Part shown: positions 49,527 to 59,644 of the stretch, in pieces | Position numbering within the stretch: position 1 is the first letter of the stretch | Layout of the letters: each line of letters starts with the position of its first letter | IMG/VR virus record: IMGVR_UViG_3300017971_000185 | Location: 310,001 to 374,000 of that record | Strand: one strand, 5' to 3' | Length of the DNA stretch: 64,000 nt | Notes under the pieces: model-generated | What the model was told of the DNA's origin: nothing | The model's database searches: none | What the model saw: only the letters and a program-made list of their open reading frames with translations | Made by a program: the position numbers and the translations under genes

Positions 49527-50132
49527 ATGGAGACAGGAATCCGCGTTCCCACACTCGGTTTCATCACTGGCGGCACCGGGGAGTCGAACCTCGGAATCCC
49601 TCCGCAGGAGTACGAGACGTTCGCATACGATTCCGCACTTCTGAGGGCAGGGATCCAAAACTTCAACGTCATGGAGTACACGTCGGTGCTTCCGAAGGAG
49701 CTACACGGCAACATCCATGACATCAGTCAGGTTTCGCGTCACTTCCACCATGGCGGTGTCTTGGAAGTGATCATGGCCGGCACGGGGGCTGCTCAGAAGG
49801 ACTACGCCGCCATCGCTACGGGCATTGGGATCTGTTGGGCTCGCGAGCGTCCTCCCACGGGACGGGATTGCGACTCGGAGATCATTGGTGGGTTCGCGGC
49901 CGAGTTTGTCCAGCGATACACGGCCCAGATAGATGCTCAGATAGCCCAGGCCGAAGCCCACATGTGGCTCACGAAGTCCCTGACCCATGAGTTGAAGATC
50001 CGCAAGCTCTTCAAGCACGGGGAGTTTGAGTTTTTCGTCAACTGGACGAACATCAGCGAGCGATTCGGCTACTGCCTCACGGCTCTGGGCTTCTTGAATT
50101 TCATGTGGACAGAGCCGATTGGGTTAGTTTAG
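49527..50132 (+). CDS. pyruvoyl-dependent arginine decarboxylase-like protein
   Basis: GTGES, YDSALLRAGIQNFNVMEYTSVLP (T-S cleavage site). Confidence 0.8.
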   Translation: METGIRVPTLGFITGGTGESNLGIPPQEYETFAYDSALLRAGIQNFNVMEYTSVLPKELHGNIHDISQVSRHFHHGGVLEVIMAGTGAAQKDYAAIATGIGICWARERPPTGRDCDSEIIGGFAAEFVQRYTAQIDAQIAQAEAHMWLTKSLTHELKIRKLFKHGEFEFFVNWTNISERFGYCLTALGFLNFMWTEPIGLV

Positions 50133-50141
50133 GATTCCAGC

Positions 50142-50663
50142 ATGAGTTACATCATGGTCGATATCGAGGCCGATGGCCCGATCCCTGGCGACTACTCGAT
50201 GATCTGCTTCGGGGCAGTAGTCGTGCGTCCGGGGTTGAAGGACACGTTCTACGGGACCTGCAAACCGATCTCAGACAAGTGGGTCCCCGAGGCTCTAGCC
50301 GTCAGCGGGTTCTCTCGCGAACAGACGTTGGCCTTTGACGATCCCGAGGGGACGATGCGGGAGTTTGCTTCGTGGCTCAAGGTCAGGAGCGAAGGAAAGC
50401 CTCGCTTCATCGCGGACAACAACGGTTTCGACTGGATGTTCGTGTGCTGGTATTTCCAGCACTTCTTGGGGAACAACCCGTTCGGTTTCTCGTCCACGAA
50501 TCTGGGATCGCTCTACAAGGGGCTCGTCAGGGACGTTCGCAAAAACTTCAAGCATCTGCGGAAGACCAAGCACACACACCACCCGGTCGATGACGCCAAA
50601 GGCAACGCTGAGGCTCTGCTCCACATGAAGGAGAAGATGGGTCTCAGGATCCCACTGGACTGA
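50142..50663 (+). CDS. DEDDh 3'-5' exoribonuclease (Rv2179c-like)
   Basis: VDIEADGP, FDWMF, HHPVDDA. Confidence 0.85.
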   Translation: MSYIMVDIEADGPIPGDYSMICFGAVVVRPGLKDTFYGTCKPISDKWVPEALAVSGFSREQTLAFDDPEGTMREFASWLKVRSEGKPRFIADNNGFDWMFVCWYFQHFLGNNPFGFSSTNLGSLYKGLVRDVRKNFKHLRKTKHTHHPVDDAKGNAEALLHMKEKMGLRIPLD

Positions 50664-50673
50664 AGCCGTCATT

Positions 50674-51330
50674 ATGCTGAGCCATAAACGGATGTCGCTA
50701 GACGCGCTCGATGTCACTCCGGCGGAGATGGCGGACATCTTTCGAGAGAACCCCAGTTTGTATGCGATGTTGAAGGGCTATGTAGGGGAGCGGAAGCTAA
50801 GAGACTTTCTTTTGGAGCATGAGGACGTGGATGCCTGCGAGAAAATGGATGATCACAATCGAGAACATAAGTACGATTTGCAGGTTCGGTATCGCGGGCA
50901 GCACTTCAAAGTTGAATCGAAAGGGATACAGACGAACACGATCCGACGTACAGGATTGCCTTCGGTACATTGGGGGGCGTGGCAGTACAACACCAGCAAT
51001 CGCCGACAGATCCGAGTTGGAGGGGTTCGGCTTGACACGTCGAGTATTCCGTTTGGGATGTGTGACGTGGTGGCCGTCCCTTTATGGGATTTTCATGGCC
51101 GCTGGGAGTTTGCATTTGTACTCAATCGGGATCTGAAGCCGTCGAATTCTCAGTCCTTTCCGCACGAGGTTCGCCATCTGTTGGTTGCGACTTCGCAGCG
51201 TATCCGATACCCTCTCGTGGAACCATATCGCTCTGAGCCCTTCTCTCTGTTTGATGAGCTTTTTGCGGGGAAGTGCGCGGAAGCCAAACACACGGTGCTG
51301 GGTTTCTTTGGAAAGGAAGCCAAGGCATGA
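50674..51330 (+). CDS. PD-(D/E)XK restriction-endonuclease-like protein
   Basis: LKGYVGE, YDL..KVESK. Confidence 0.6.
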   Translation: MLSHKRMSLDALDVTPAEMADIFRENPSLYAMLKGYVGERKLRDFLLEHEDVDACEKMDDHNREHKYDLQVRYRGQHFKVESKGIQTNTIRRTGLPSVHWGAWQYNTSNRRQIRVGGVRLDTSSIPFGMCDVVAVPLWDFHGRWEFAFVLNRDLKPSNSQSFPHEVRHLLVATSQRIRYPLVEPYRSEPFSLFDELFAGKCAEAKHTVLGFFGKEAKA

Positions 51331-52400
51331 CCAGCCCGTATAGAAGCCCGACCGGACTCGACTACGAGCAGCGTGTGAAGGATCTGATGGAAGCCTGGGC
51401 TCCGCCGCATGCCAAGATCTAATGAAGCGGGGATGGCGTTTGAGCGATGGGCAAGGTCTTACCTGGGTCCGCAACGACAAGCCAGGACTCCTCTTGTCCG
51501 ACGAGAAGGCGAGAAGCCTCTACAACCGACGCACGCACATCGAGAGCGGTCTCCGGTCAGCGGGAGACTATCGGGACTGGCAACAATGTGATCGGCTGGA
51601 GAAGCAGCTAGAGGAGTTGCCGACCTACGAGGAAGCAGGACGGGATCGCAGCGTACCTCCAGATCCGTGGTGAGAACGATGAGCCATTTCCGATGTCCGC
51701 GGTGTTCGTTTACCTACCCTGACGATGGTCAGGTTTACTTGTGGCCCAATGTGGGAACAGGAACAACCTGGCACCTATACAAGTGCCCAGGGTGCGAACG
51801 TTTGTTTGCTTGTGAGATGCCAGGCGGCTACATCCCTGAAGCGGCAAAGAACGATCCGACAATCGAGGTTGTCGAATTCAAGGACTTGACCGCGCCAGGT
51901 ACGCGCTAGCAACTCTCTCGGCAGAGGCCCTGTGCTGCCCTTTGTGCTTTCGCTTGCGATAGGGACGCAGGGACTTTTGCTTCTTGGACGGGATGACTGT
52001 TCCGCGTCCAGCGCCAGCTAGCCCCGCCTGCCCCATTTCCTTGCGCTCTTTGTGAAGAGCCTTCTCGATCGCCTGTTGGTCGATCGACTTCGGCTTCTTC
52101 CGTTTGCCGGGGCCAAGTTTGGTCCGCCGAGCCCGAGCACGATCTCTACGGCTGCGGCGTTCCTTCTTGCCCGCAGTGGCCATGGCCTACTCGGGAACGG
52201 CTTTGGTGCAGCCCTTGGTTCTACAGACTAGCTCCCCCGTTTCGTCACGAGCCATTTTGTAGCCACAAGCCTGACAGGTTTCGGCTGCTTGTTTGGGGAA
52301 GTTGTTGATGTCTTCGGCCGCGATCTGTTTCGCGGGTGCTGTACCGGTTTTGAGAAACGCCATGTGGTCCCTCCCTACCAGGGGTTGTGTGATAGACGGA

Positions 52401-53033
52401 CTACTCAGAGTCCGGGTTGCTATGGTGGGCGACTACAGCATGGCAAAATTCCACTAGGCAATCGTCTGTAAAGCGATTCTTGGCGAAATTAGCGATGCAT
52501 GCTACGAAGCGCACGTTTCCTTTGACGTAGCCGAGGGCGTTCTCAATGCGATCCAGGCTAGGCTTCCAGGGGTCATTTTTGCGTTGTTCCCATGCCACCA
52601 CGGTCGGCGGCAACGTCAATTGGATTCCAGAGATTGCGCAGCGGCCTTGCTGTTTTTCCCACAGGGTCTTGAGGTAAGGAAGATCGATATTGACATGATG
52701 TTTTCGCTGTCGAGCTTTGCGTAAGAAGTATCGAAAGGGCGAGAATTCATCGCGACGATTGTCCGCGCGAAGCCTGCTTGTATCGCAGTCGGGCTTGAGA
52801 GGCGCAGCGCCGTGCGCGCCAAAACACTTCAAGGTGCAGTAGAATTTCCGATGGGGGTTGCGTTTTCGCTGGCGTTTGATTTCAGAGGGATCTTTCTCGA
52901 ACAATCGCCCGCAACCGTCACAGGAGATCTGTTCTAACAAACGCAACCGTGTGACTGTAGGCTGCTGTCGGAACGCTGTCAAGCCTAGTCCGCCTATAGA
53001 GGCTCCTATGTAGTAGGCCGCGAAGAACGCCAC
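52401..53033 (-). CDS. HNH-like endonuclease
   Basis: GRCAISG..PSLDRIENALGYVKGNVRFV..AN; start uncertain. Confidence 0.75.
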   Translation of the reverse strand: MAFFAAYYIGASIGGLGLTAFRQQPTVTRLRLLEQISCDGCGRLFEKDPSEIKRQRKRNPHRKFYCTLKCFGAHGAAPLKPDCDTSRLRADNRRDEFSPFRYFLRKARQRKHHVNIDLPYLKTLWEKQQGRCAISGIQLTLPPTVVAWEQRKNDPWKPSLDRIENALGYVKGNVRFVACIANFAKNRFTDDCLVEFCHAVVAHHSNPDSE

Positions 53034-53047
53034 ATAGGAGGCGCCAG

Positions 53048-53608
53048 ATGGGCTGGAACCCGTTTCGAGTATTCAGAAAGAACCGCAAGCTGAGCAAAAA
53101 CTTCCTCAAGTGGGCGGGCCAGGACACGTACCTGTATGACGATAAGATCCCTTCGGATCCCCAGAAGTCTCTGGATCTTGCCAAAGCGCTTCTGAAGAAA
53201 GCCGGGTACAAATTCTGTCGGCGCAAAGGCACCTTTGAGCACGGCCGCAAGTTCACCATGACGCTGCGTAGGCGGATTGCACTTTCCGCCAATTGGGACA
53301 AGTACAGCACGGCCAAGCAAGCTGAGATTCTGTGGCACGAGCTAGTACACGTTCGCCAGCGCAAGAGATGGGGTCACGCGAAGTTTCTGCGTCGGTACAT
53401 AACGGCCGAGGGACGCTGGCTCATCGAGGTTCCTGCCTACAGGGAGTCGATCCGGGCCAAGAAGGCCCTGGAGAGCTATAGCTCCAGCAAGGTCAAGAAG
53501 TACGCCGAGTGGAAGGTAGATTCCCTACGCAAGAATTACAAGCTGGGAAGGCTCCACAAGGGCCAGTATGAGAAGGAGACCGAGAAGATCTGGATGAGAG
53601 AGGCGTAG
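53048..53608 (+). CDS. zincin-like metalloprotein (HExxH)
   Basis: ILWHELVHVRQ..IEVPAY. Confidence 0.65.
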   Translation: MGWNPFRVFRKNRKLSKNFLKWAGQDTYLYDDKIPSDPQKSLDLAKALLKKAGYKFCRRKGTFEHGRKFTMTLRRRIALSANWDKYSTAKQAEILWHELVHVRQRKRWGHAKFLRRYITAEGRWLIEVPAYRESIRAKKALESYSSSKVKKYAEWKVDSLRKNYKLGRLHKGQYEKETEKIWMREA

Positions 53609-53661
53609 AGTCCAACAGTCAACAGTGGGCCGTACAGCGCGGCCTGGACAGGAGACAGACC

Positions 53662-54117
53662 ATGAGTACGCGAGGCGCAGTAATCGCGGGCAACGACAGT
53701 GTACTGAAAGCAGTACAGAGGGAACGTGCCGCAAAGGCAGGGATCGACACAGAGTACGAGACGCAATTCGTGCTCGAAAGGGACCGCAACCTGCCTTTAC
53801 GGTTCTGGGGGGACAAGATAGGCAGCGGGGTTCGCCAGTTTGAGGACGACAAGGGTTGTGACCGCGGCACGGAAGTGATCATTTATGCCACAACCTCTGG
53901 CAAGATCGTCACTGAGGTTCACCAGTGGAATAATGACCCAAACGGTGAGAGCCGGAGCAGACGCGATGCTGCGGCCCATTCTCGACCGGAAGATGCCCTG
54001 GAGTGGCTCAGGCAGGACGGAAAAGGGTCTCTAGGCCCCGCTAGCAAGGCAGCATGGCTAGAAGCGTGTGAGACGTTTGAACCACTCAAACGCTTTGCCG
54101 TGGAAGATGTGGACTAG
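53662..54117 (+). CDS. hypothetical protein
   Basis: SD AGGAG; repeated leader hairpin upstream. Confidence 0.6.
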   Translation: MSTRGAVIAGNDSVLKAVQRERAAKAGIDTEYETQFVLERDRNLPLRFWGDKIGSGVRQFEDDKGCDRGTEVIIYATTSGKIVTEVHQWNNDPNGESRSRRDAAAHSRPEDALEWLRQDGKGSLGPASKAAWLEACETFEPLKRFAVEDVD

Positions 54118-54125
54118 GATTTAGA

Positions 54126-54400
54126 CGCGTTCAAGTCCCATGCGCCTTAAGGCGTATCGAGATTAGACGGGCCAACAGCATGGATCCGGCTTCTGAGCCC
54201 GATCTCTAGCGTTCTGCGGGTTATGATCGTATGGATCGTGCCTGCGGAGTGAACGTGTCGGCATATCGCTAGGAGATATGACTAAGACTCAGCTATCCAT
54301 GACCAAGCAATGAGATAGGTGTTGTGGCCTCGTCGGAAGCACCTGAAATCATTGGCTTTTCCAAGCAACACCTTGACTCATGCTTTGGTCTTGAACCGTT
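54126..54400 (+). ncRNA. unidentified, highly structured RNA of about 270 nt
   Basis: GTTCAAG/CTTGAAC closing stem; CATGGAT/ATCCATG, ATCTCTAGCG/CGCTAGGAGAT, AGGTGTTG/CAACACCT; G-U pairs favour the + strand. Confidence 0.5.
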
Positions 54401-54468
54401 TCTTATCAAGACGATAACATAAAAAGTCCTGGCGCTGGCCCCCGCACGATCATATAATCCAACTTGTT

Positions 54469-55014
54469 ATGGCTTACGGTGCCATACAGGATCGCTTCTG
54501 GAAGCATGTCCGCAAACAGTCTGATGGCTGCTGGGTCTGGACGGCATCTCTTGATGATGGGTACGGACGGTTCCGTATCAGTCCCTATGAGCGTGTCTAT
54601 GCGCATGTGTGGCTGTATGAGCGCGAGATAGGAGCTGTCCCAGATGGGTACGTCGTTGACCACACATGCCGCAACCGAGCCTGTGTAAATCCCGCTCATC
54701 TGGAAGCCGTGACGAGCGCTGAGAATACGAGACGGGGAGCCTCCACGCCAGGGCAGAACGCTCGTAAGACCCATTGTCATCGGGGTCACGAGTTTACAGC
54801 CGCCAACACCATCTGGAAGGGGAGTCGGCGGAATTGCCGCGAATGCCGACGACTGGACAGAGAAGCTAAGCGGCAAGCTGTCCAGAAGCGACAACCCAAG
54901 CGTCCTCACGCGGCCCAGATCGCAAGAGATCGCAAGAAGGGGCTGACTTGGCAGGAGATCGGTGAGAAGTACGGGGTCGCTGAATCAACGATTCGGAAGT
55001 ACGCCAAACGTTAG
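54469..55014 (+). CDS. HNH homing endonuclease with C-terminal HTH
   Basis: CWVWT..GYGRF, DHTCRNRACVNPAHLEAVT..EN, THCHRGH. Confidence 0.9.
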   Translation: MAYGAIQDRFWKHVRKQSDGCWVWTASLDDGYGRFRISPYERVYAHVWLYEREIGAVPDGYVVDHTCRNRACVNPAHLEAVTSAENTRRGASTPGQNARKTHCHRGHEFTAANTIWKGSRRNCRECRRLDREAKRQAVQKRQPKRPHAAQIARDRKKGLTWQEIGEKYGVAESTIRKYAKR

Positions 55015-56265
55015 CTAGCCTATTGAACGATGGGGTTAGAACGTGGGTCGTACAGCGCGGCCCGAAACAGGAGACAAACAATGAGAAACCCCACCGGTTG
55101 TGATGTCGTGCTTCGTTGGTTCCTAGCGCACCGAGAGGAGCGTCGTGCCTTGCTTGCTAAGTTGCCTCCCGAGGAGAAACCCAAGGAGATCCGGGTAGGT
55201 CTCGGAGGCAGGTTTCCCGTCGTGTTTACGGATGATTGCCACGATTGTCCGCACCGGAAGTGATTGATGGGTTGGGCTGATCGAAGCATTGCCGTCAAGG
55301 CTGTTCAAGGCCACGGCAAGAAACGTCGCTTCTTGATCGGAAACAACCGTGGAGGCATCAACGGCTGGGTCAGTCGCAACGGCGTGTTTGGGGTCGTTAC
55401 GAAGGTCGCAGATTGAGGCTATAGGTAGCGGTTGGTATGGACCCGTCCCTGAGACACGAGCCGGTTCTGGACGGCAGCGAGGAGCCGTACAAATTCATCG
55501 TGCGGGCTGAGGGCATCCCCTCGCGGGGTTCTGCCGGATCGGTCCTCGCGATCACAGGTCATGTCTGTCGGCACTGTGGGTGTCTCTACGACCCTGTGGT
55601 GGAGGCGATTTGCGCGACGCGATGGTTCCGGGCAGAGGAACGGAGACGCCATGTCTGACGAGGTCTCGTGGCCCAGCTCGTTAGATATCGATTGCTCTAT
55701 CTCATGCCATCTGAGGGCACCCGCTACGAAAGTGCCTCTAGTGAGTTTCGCACGTTGCGGGGTTTGATCGTCTTCATCAAGAAGATACAAGAGGACGGAG
55801 GATCGGTGCGAAGTGTCGAAAAATGGGAACAGACCGAATGGACCCCACAGGAGTTGCGGATGGTCCGGTCTTTGTTGGGTGTGGAGTTGCCGGGTAGAAT
55901 CAAAACATGAGCCTCCTTCATGATCTACTCGACGCCTTACCCGAGTGGGAACGAAAGCATGCCCTTGCCCGTCTCGATCATGAGCTTTCTCCTGCTGCAC
56001 AGGAGGCCGATTGGATTGTCATAGAGCAGCCTTACGGGACTGTTCTGCATCCCGGTCCGCAGGCGGAAGCCGACCTGTATCGGAGACGGTGTGATACGCG
56101 CCGTCGCGTTTACGAGGAGCTAGTCAAGGAGCTAGGTGTTGAGGACAAGCTAGCGATCGAGCAGGACCCGCGATGGAGATACCCGCTCGGAGATGGCATT
56201 GAGCCTTCTGCGCCGGTCCTCTTGGGTCGCGTGTGGGTAGTGGTTGACGCTCGGTAAGGTGTGGC

Positions 56266-56880
56266 ATGGCAATTACTCGGAGGGCTTTTGGCAAGCTGCT
56301 TGGAGCAGTAGGGGCGGCGCTCGGCACCGGCTTCGTTCCGTTGGATGTCCTGGCGCGTCCCTCTGTTCTGGAATCGCTCTTGCCGTTTGTGGGCACCTAC
56401 GAATTCCGTCGTCTCATTCCGCGTGAGAATTCGATTTACGGAGCCGTTTCCAACGATGGCTCAGAGATCTGGAAAACCATTGAAGGACGTGATCCTGAAT
56501 CAGGGATTCGCACACCCGGCACCCGCGAAACTACCACCCTTGCCAAAATGCTTGCGGGAACGTTCAAAACCTCACCAGACGGGACATTCGCCGTTGTCAT
56601 AGTTGGTCCCGGTCTGGCAGGCCACGCCAAGAACGTCCGAACGAAAGGCGTGCAAGTGGTGGTCGAGAAATCACAGCCGGACCGTGATGTGTTCGTGATT
56701 GCCGGACTCAACAAGCCGATCAAGGCTCTCGAAGATCTCGATCCGCGATGCCTGGCACGAGTCACGTTGGGGCATCATGGGCCTTTCATCGGAGCCACAC
56801 GCGACGATTACCCCACAGGATGGAAGGCTTCTAGGCCCTGGGCTCCAGTCCTGTTGTACCGGCCCGATCGGGGCAGTTGA
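56266..56880 (+). CDS. hypothetical protein with a Tat-like signal
   Basis: MAITRRAFGKLLGAVGAALG. Confidence 0.5.
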   Translation: MAITRRAFGKLLGAVGAALGTGFVPLDVLARPSVLESLLPFVGTYEFRRLIPRENSIYGAVSNDGSEIWKTIEGRDPESGIRTPGTRETTTLAKMLAGTFKTSPDGTFAVVIVGPGLAGHAKNVRTKGVQVVVEKSQPDRDVFVIAGLNKPIKALEDLDPRCLARVTLGHHGPFIGATRDDYPTGWKASRPWAPVLLYRPDRGS

Positions 56881-56883
56881 CGC

Positions 56884-56912
56884 TTGACAAGGGCTCAGAG
56901 GGCGCGTAGAGT
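56884..56912 (+). promoter_or_regulatory. sigma70-like promoter of the Arg/Ser/Gly/Ala/Trp/Cys tRNA operon
   Basis: TTGACA-N17-TAGAGT. Confidence 0.75.
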
Positions 56913-56927
56913 CTCCCTGAGGTCAAA

Positions 56928-57080
56928 ATGTTTACCCCAGTCCAAACCATCGTTGAGAACGCACGCTACGCAGCACCCGCCATTGCGGCTGCCGCCGCGG
57001 GATCGTGTGCCTCCGATTGGTCAGGACTCGGTACACGGCCCAGTAGTGGTGCTCTGTCCAGGCAGAGACGCTCCGTTTAG
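56928..57080 (+). CDS. leader peptide MFTPVQTIVENARYAAPAIAAAAAGSCASDWSGLGTRPSSGALSRQRRSV
   Basis: SD GAGGT; 11 Ala, 7 Ser, 4 Gly, plus TGT, TGG and AGG/AGA. Confidence 0.75.
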   Translation: MFTPVQTIVENARYAAPAIAAAAAGSCASDWSGLGTRPSSGALSRQRRSV

Positions 57081-57085
57081 CACGC

Positions 57086-57161
57086 GGGGCACTAGCTCAA
57101 AGGACAGAGCTTCCGGCTTCTAACCGGACGGGTGCGGGTTCAAATCCCGCGTGCCCTACCA
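57086..57161 (+). tRNA. tRNA-Arg(TCT)
   Basis: Cloverleaf with CCA. Confidence 0.92.
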
Positions 57162-57200
57162 CTACTGGGCGGAACCAAGGACGCCGCCCAACGACAACCT

Positions 57201-57289
57201 GGAGCGGTGGCCGAGTCTGGCTGAAGGCATCGCCCTGCTAAGGCGACATACCCGCAAGGGTATCGAGGGTTCAAATCCCTCCCGCTCCG
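57201..57289 (+). tRNA. tRNA-Ser(GCT)
   Basis: Type II cloverleaf. Confidence 0.93.
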
Positions 57290-57298
57290 CAAAATCAA

Positions 57299-57385
57299 GG
57301 AACGGTGGCCGAGTCTGGCTGAAGGCGCTCGACTGGAAATCGAGTGTAGGGAAACCTACCGGGGGTTCAAATCCCTCCCGTTCCG
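57299..57385 (+). tRNA. tRNA-Ser(GGA)
   Basis: Type II cloverleaf. Confidence 0.93.
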
Positions 57386-57402
57386 CCCGAAAGGAGAATC
57401 TA

Positions 57403-57641
<239 letters not shown>

Positions 57642-57673
57642 ACATTTTCACAACAACCCAAACCAAGAACCAA

Positions 57674-57762
57674 GGAGAGTTGGCCGAGTCTGGCTGAAGG
57701 CGTCGCATTCGAAATGCGAAGTGGGTGAAAGCTCACCAGGGGTTCGAATCCCTTACTCTCCG
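57674..57762 (+). tRNA. tRNA-Ser(CGA)
   Basis: Type II cloverleaf. Confidence 0.93.
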
Positions 57763-57767
57763 CCCAC

Positions 57768-57838
57768 GCGCGCGAAGTGTTATGGCTGCACGCTTCCCTG
57801 CCTAGGAAGAAGTAGGGGTTCGATTCCCCTTGCGCGCT
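57768..57838 (+). tRNA. tRNA-Gly(GCC)
   Basis: Cloverleaf, U73. Confidence 0.88.
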
Positions 57839-58100
57839 CGAAAGGAACAAGCCATGAACGAAGGAGGCAAGTAAGGAAAAACTGGCGTCAGTGCCGCCTA
57901 GAACGAAGGGAAGGAAGCTGCACAGTCGAGCACACATGCTGGTTGCCTGAGAAAGTGGTCAAGGTGGGGAAGGTCGTGAAGGTCATGGGGGCAACCTGGA
58001 AGATCACCGCAGCGTGGACAATCCTTTCGTACCGGCCCGACTGGCGAAGGGCTATCCGAAAGCATCGGCACGAAACAGGAGACGATCAACCGAAGAAGTC

Positions 58101-58172
58101 GCGTGTGTAGCTCAGTTGGCAGAGCATCAGCTTCCATGCTGAGGGTCGCGGGTTCGATCCCCGCCACATGCT
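58101..58172 (+). tRNA. tRNA-Gly-type body with a 6-nt anticodon loop (probably a defective Gly(CCC))
   Basis: TCAGC-TTCCAT-GCTGA. Confidence 0.65.
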
Positions 58173-58191
58173 CGAAAGGAAGAACATGAAC

Positions 58192-58264
58192 GCGGGAGTA
58201 GCTCAACTGGTAGAGCGTCAGCCTTCCAAGCTGAATGTAGCGGGTTCGACCCCCGTCTCCCGCT
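58192..58264 (+). tRNA. tRNA-Gly(TCC)
   Basis: Cloverleaf. Confidence 0.93.
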
Positions 58265-58267
58265 CAA

Positions 58268-58340
58268 GGGGCCTTAGCTCAGTTGGGAGAGCGGTGGCTT
58301 TGCAAGCCACAGGCCGCCGGTTCGATTCCGGCAGGCTCCA
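58268..58340 (+). tRNA. tRNA-Ala(TGC)
   Basis: G3:U70. Confidence 0.93.
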
Positions 58341-58559
58341 CGGAAGAACATGAGTCAACGAATCAACCATCGTCGGGAAGGAAAGAGGCATCAAGACAAC
58401 GGGCCTCGATGGAAGAGCAGAAACCCCATGGCGGGGGCAAACTCGACACACGTAGCACGCGCACGAAGGGGATGGCGAAACATCCTACGACGGAGGAAAA
58501 GGCGAAAGATCAAAGATGTGATTCAGCAGCATCTAGCCGAGATGGGGTAGTAGCGAACA

Positions 58560-58934
58560 ATGGCACAGATCACCAAAGAACAGGTCATTGACTATCTGGG
58601 GGCCCTCTCGCCTTCGGAAATGGCTATCCTCATCGAGAACCTGGAAGAGACGTGGGGCATGGAGATGTCCCGGCCAACTCAGCAAGCACCGAAGGTCGAG
58701 CAAGAGAAGGAGGAAGAACAGACGGAATTCGAGGTCATACTTGAGAGTTTCGGAGACAAGAAGATCGACGTGATCAAGACCGTTCGCCAGGAGAAGCCGG
58801 GGATGGGTCTCAAGGAAGCAAAGGAGTTTGTCGAGTCTGCGCCGGTTACGATCGGTGAGGCGCTCTCAAAGGAGGAAGCAGAGGAAGCCAAGGCCAAGCT
58901 GGAGGAGGCAGGCGCAACGATCACGATCAAGTAA
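58560..58934 (+). CDS. rplL: 50S ribosomal protein L7/L12
   Basis: EEQTEFEVIL..GDKKIDVIK.VR...GLKEAKEFVESAP..SKEEAE..KAKLEEAGA. Confidence 0.95.
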   Translation: MAQITKEQVIDYLGALSPSEMAILIENLEETWGMEMSRPTQQAPKVEQEKEEEQTEFEVILESFGDKKIDVIKTVRQEKPGMGLKEAKEFVESAPVTIGEALSKEEAEEAKAKLEEAGATITIK

Positions 58935-59007
58935 GGGGCAGTAGCTCAGATGGGAGAGCGCGTGTCTGGCAGACACGAAGTCAGGGGTTCGATCCCCCTC
59001 TGCTCCA
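58935..59007 (+). tRNA. tRNA-Ala(GGC)
   Basis: G3:U70. Confidence 0.93.
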
Positions 59008-59013
59008 CAATCA

Positions 59014-59072
59014 AGGGACGTAGCTCAATGGAAGAGTGCCGGAAGCTGCGGGTTCGAATCCCGTCGTCTCCA
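59014..59072 (+). ncRNA. anticodon-arm-less tRNA-Ala-like RNA
   Basis: Acceptor with G3:U70 and A73; D and T arms present; only GCCGGAAGCT between them. Confidence 0.65.
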
Positions 59073-59086
59073 CAAAGGCAAGCAAC

Positions 59087-59644
59087 ATGAGGAAGGACAA
59101 ACACACACGGACATCGAAGCTGTTGTCCATGCTTCTGCGCCATCGGCCAGAGGCCGCGGGTCTCGTGTTGGATGAGGCCGGCTGGGTTGGTGTGGATGAG
59201 TTGCTCGCGGGAATCGGGAACAAACGAGGATTCGAAGTGACTAAAGACTTGCTTCGGCAAGTCGTAGATACCAACAACAAGAGGAGGTTTGAATTCAACG
59301 AAGACGGGACCAAGATTAGAGCCAGACAAGGCCATAGCGTGCGTGTGGATCTGGGGCACGAAGCCCAGGAGCCGCCCGAGTACCTGTACCACGGAACGGC
59401 AACTCGAAACCTCGCAGCGATTCGCGAGGGAGGGCTTCAGAAGATGAGCCGACACGCGGTTCATCTCTCACTCGATCTACCAACGGCAACCAGTGTTGGA
59501 TCTCGGCACGGGAAGCCAGCCATTCTCAAGATCCGGGCGAAGCAGATGCACGATGATGGCCACGTGTTCTACCTGACGGAGAACAAGGTCTGGTACACCG
59601 ACAACATCCCCGTCGCCTACATCATCTTTCCAGAGGACTCGTGA
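59087..59644 (+). CDS. kptA: RNA 2'-phosphotransferase
   Basis: SKLLSMLLRH.P, KRRF, IRARQGHS, LYHGT, R.AVHLS. Confidence 0.95.
   Translation: MRKDKHTRTSKLLSMLLRHRPEAAGLVLDEAGWVGVDELLAGIGNKRGFEVTKDLLRQVVDTNNKRRFEFNEDGTKIRARQGHSVRVDLGHEAQEPPEYLYHGTATRNLAAIREGGLQKMSRHAVHLSLDLPTATSVGSRHGKPAILKIRAKQMHDDGHVFYLTENKVWYTDNIPVAYIIFPEDS

Noticed and set aside
57853-57873. Mini-ORF MNEGGK between tRNA-Gly genes as another codon-mirror leader
   Set aside because: The GGA GGC codons coincide with an SD sequence for the next ORF, and the next tRNA is about 230 nt away, so it is ambiguous.
59014-59072. tmRNA
   Set aside because: Ala identity elements are present but there is no mRNA-like domain or tag ORF.
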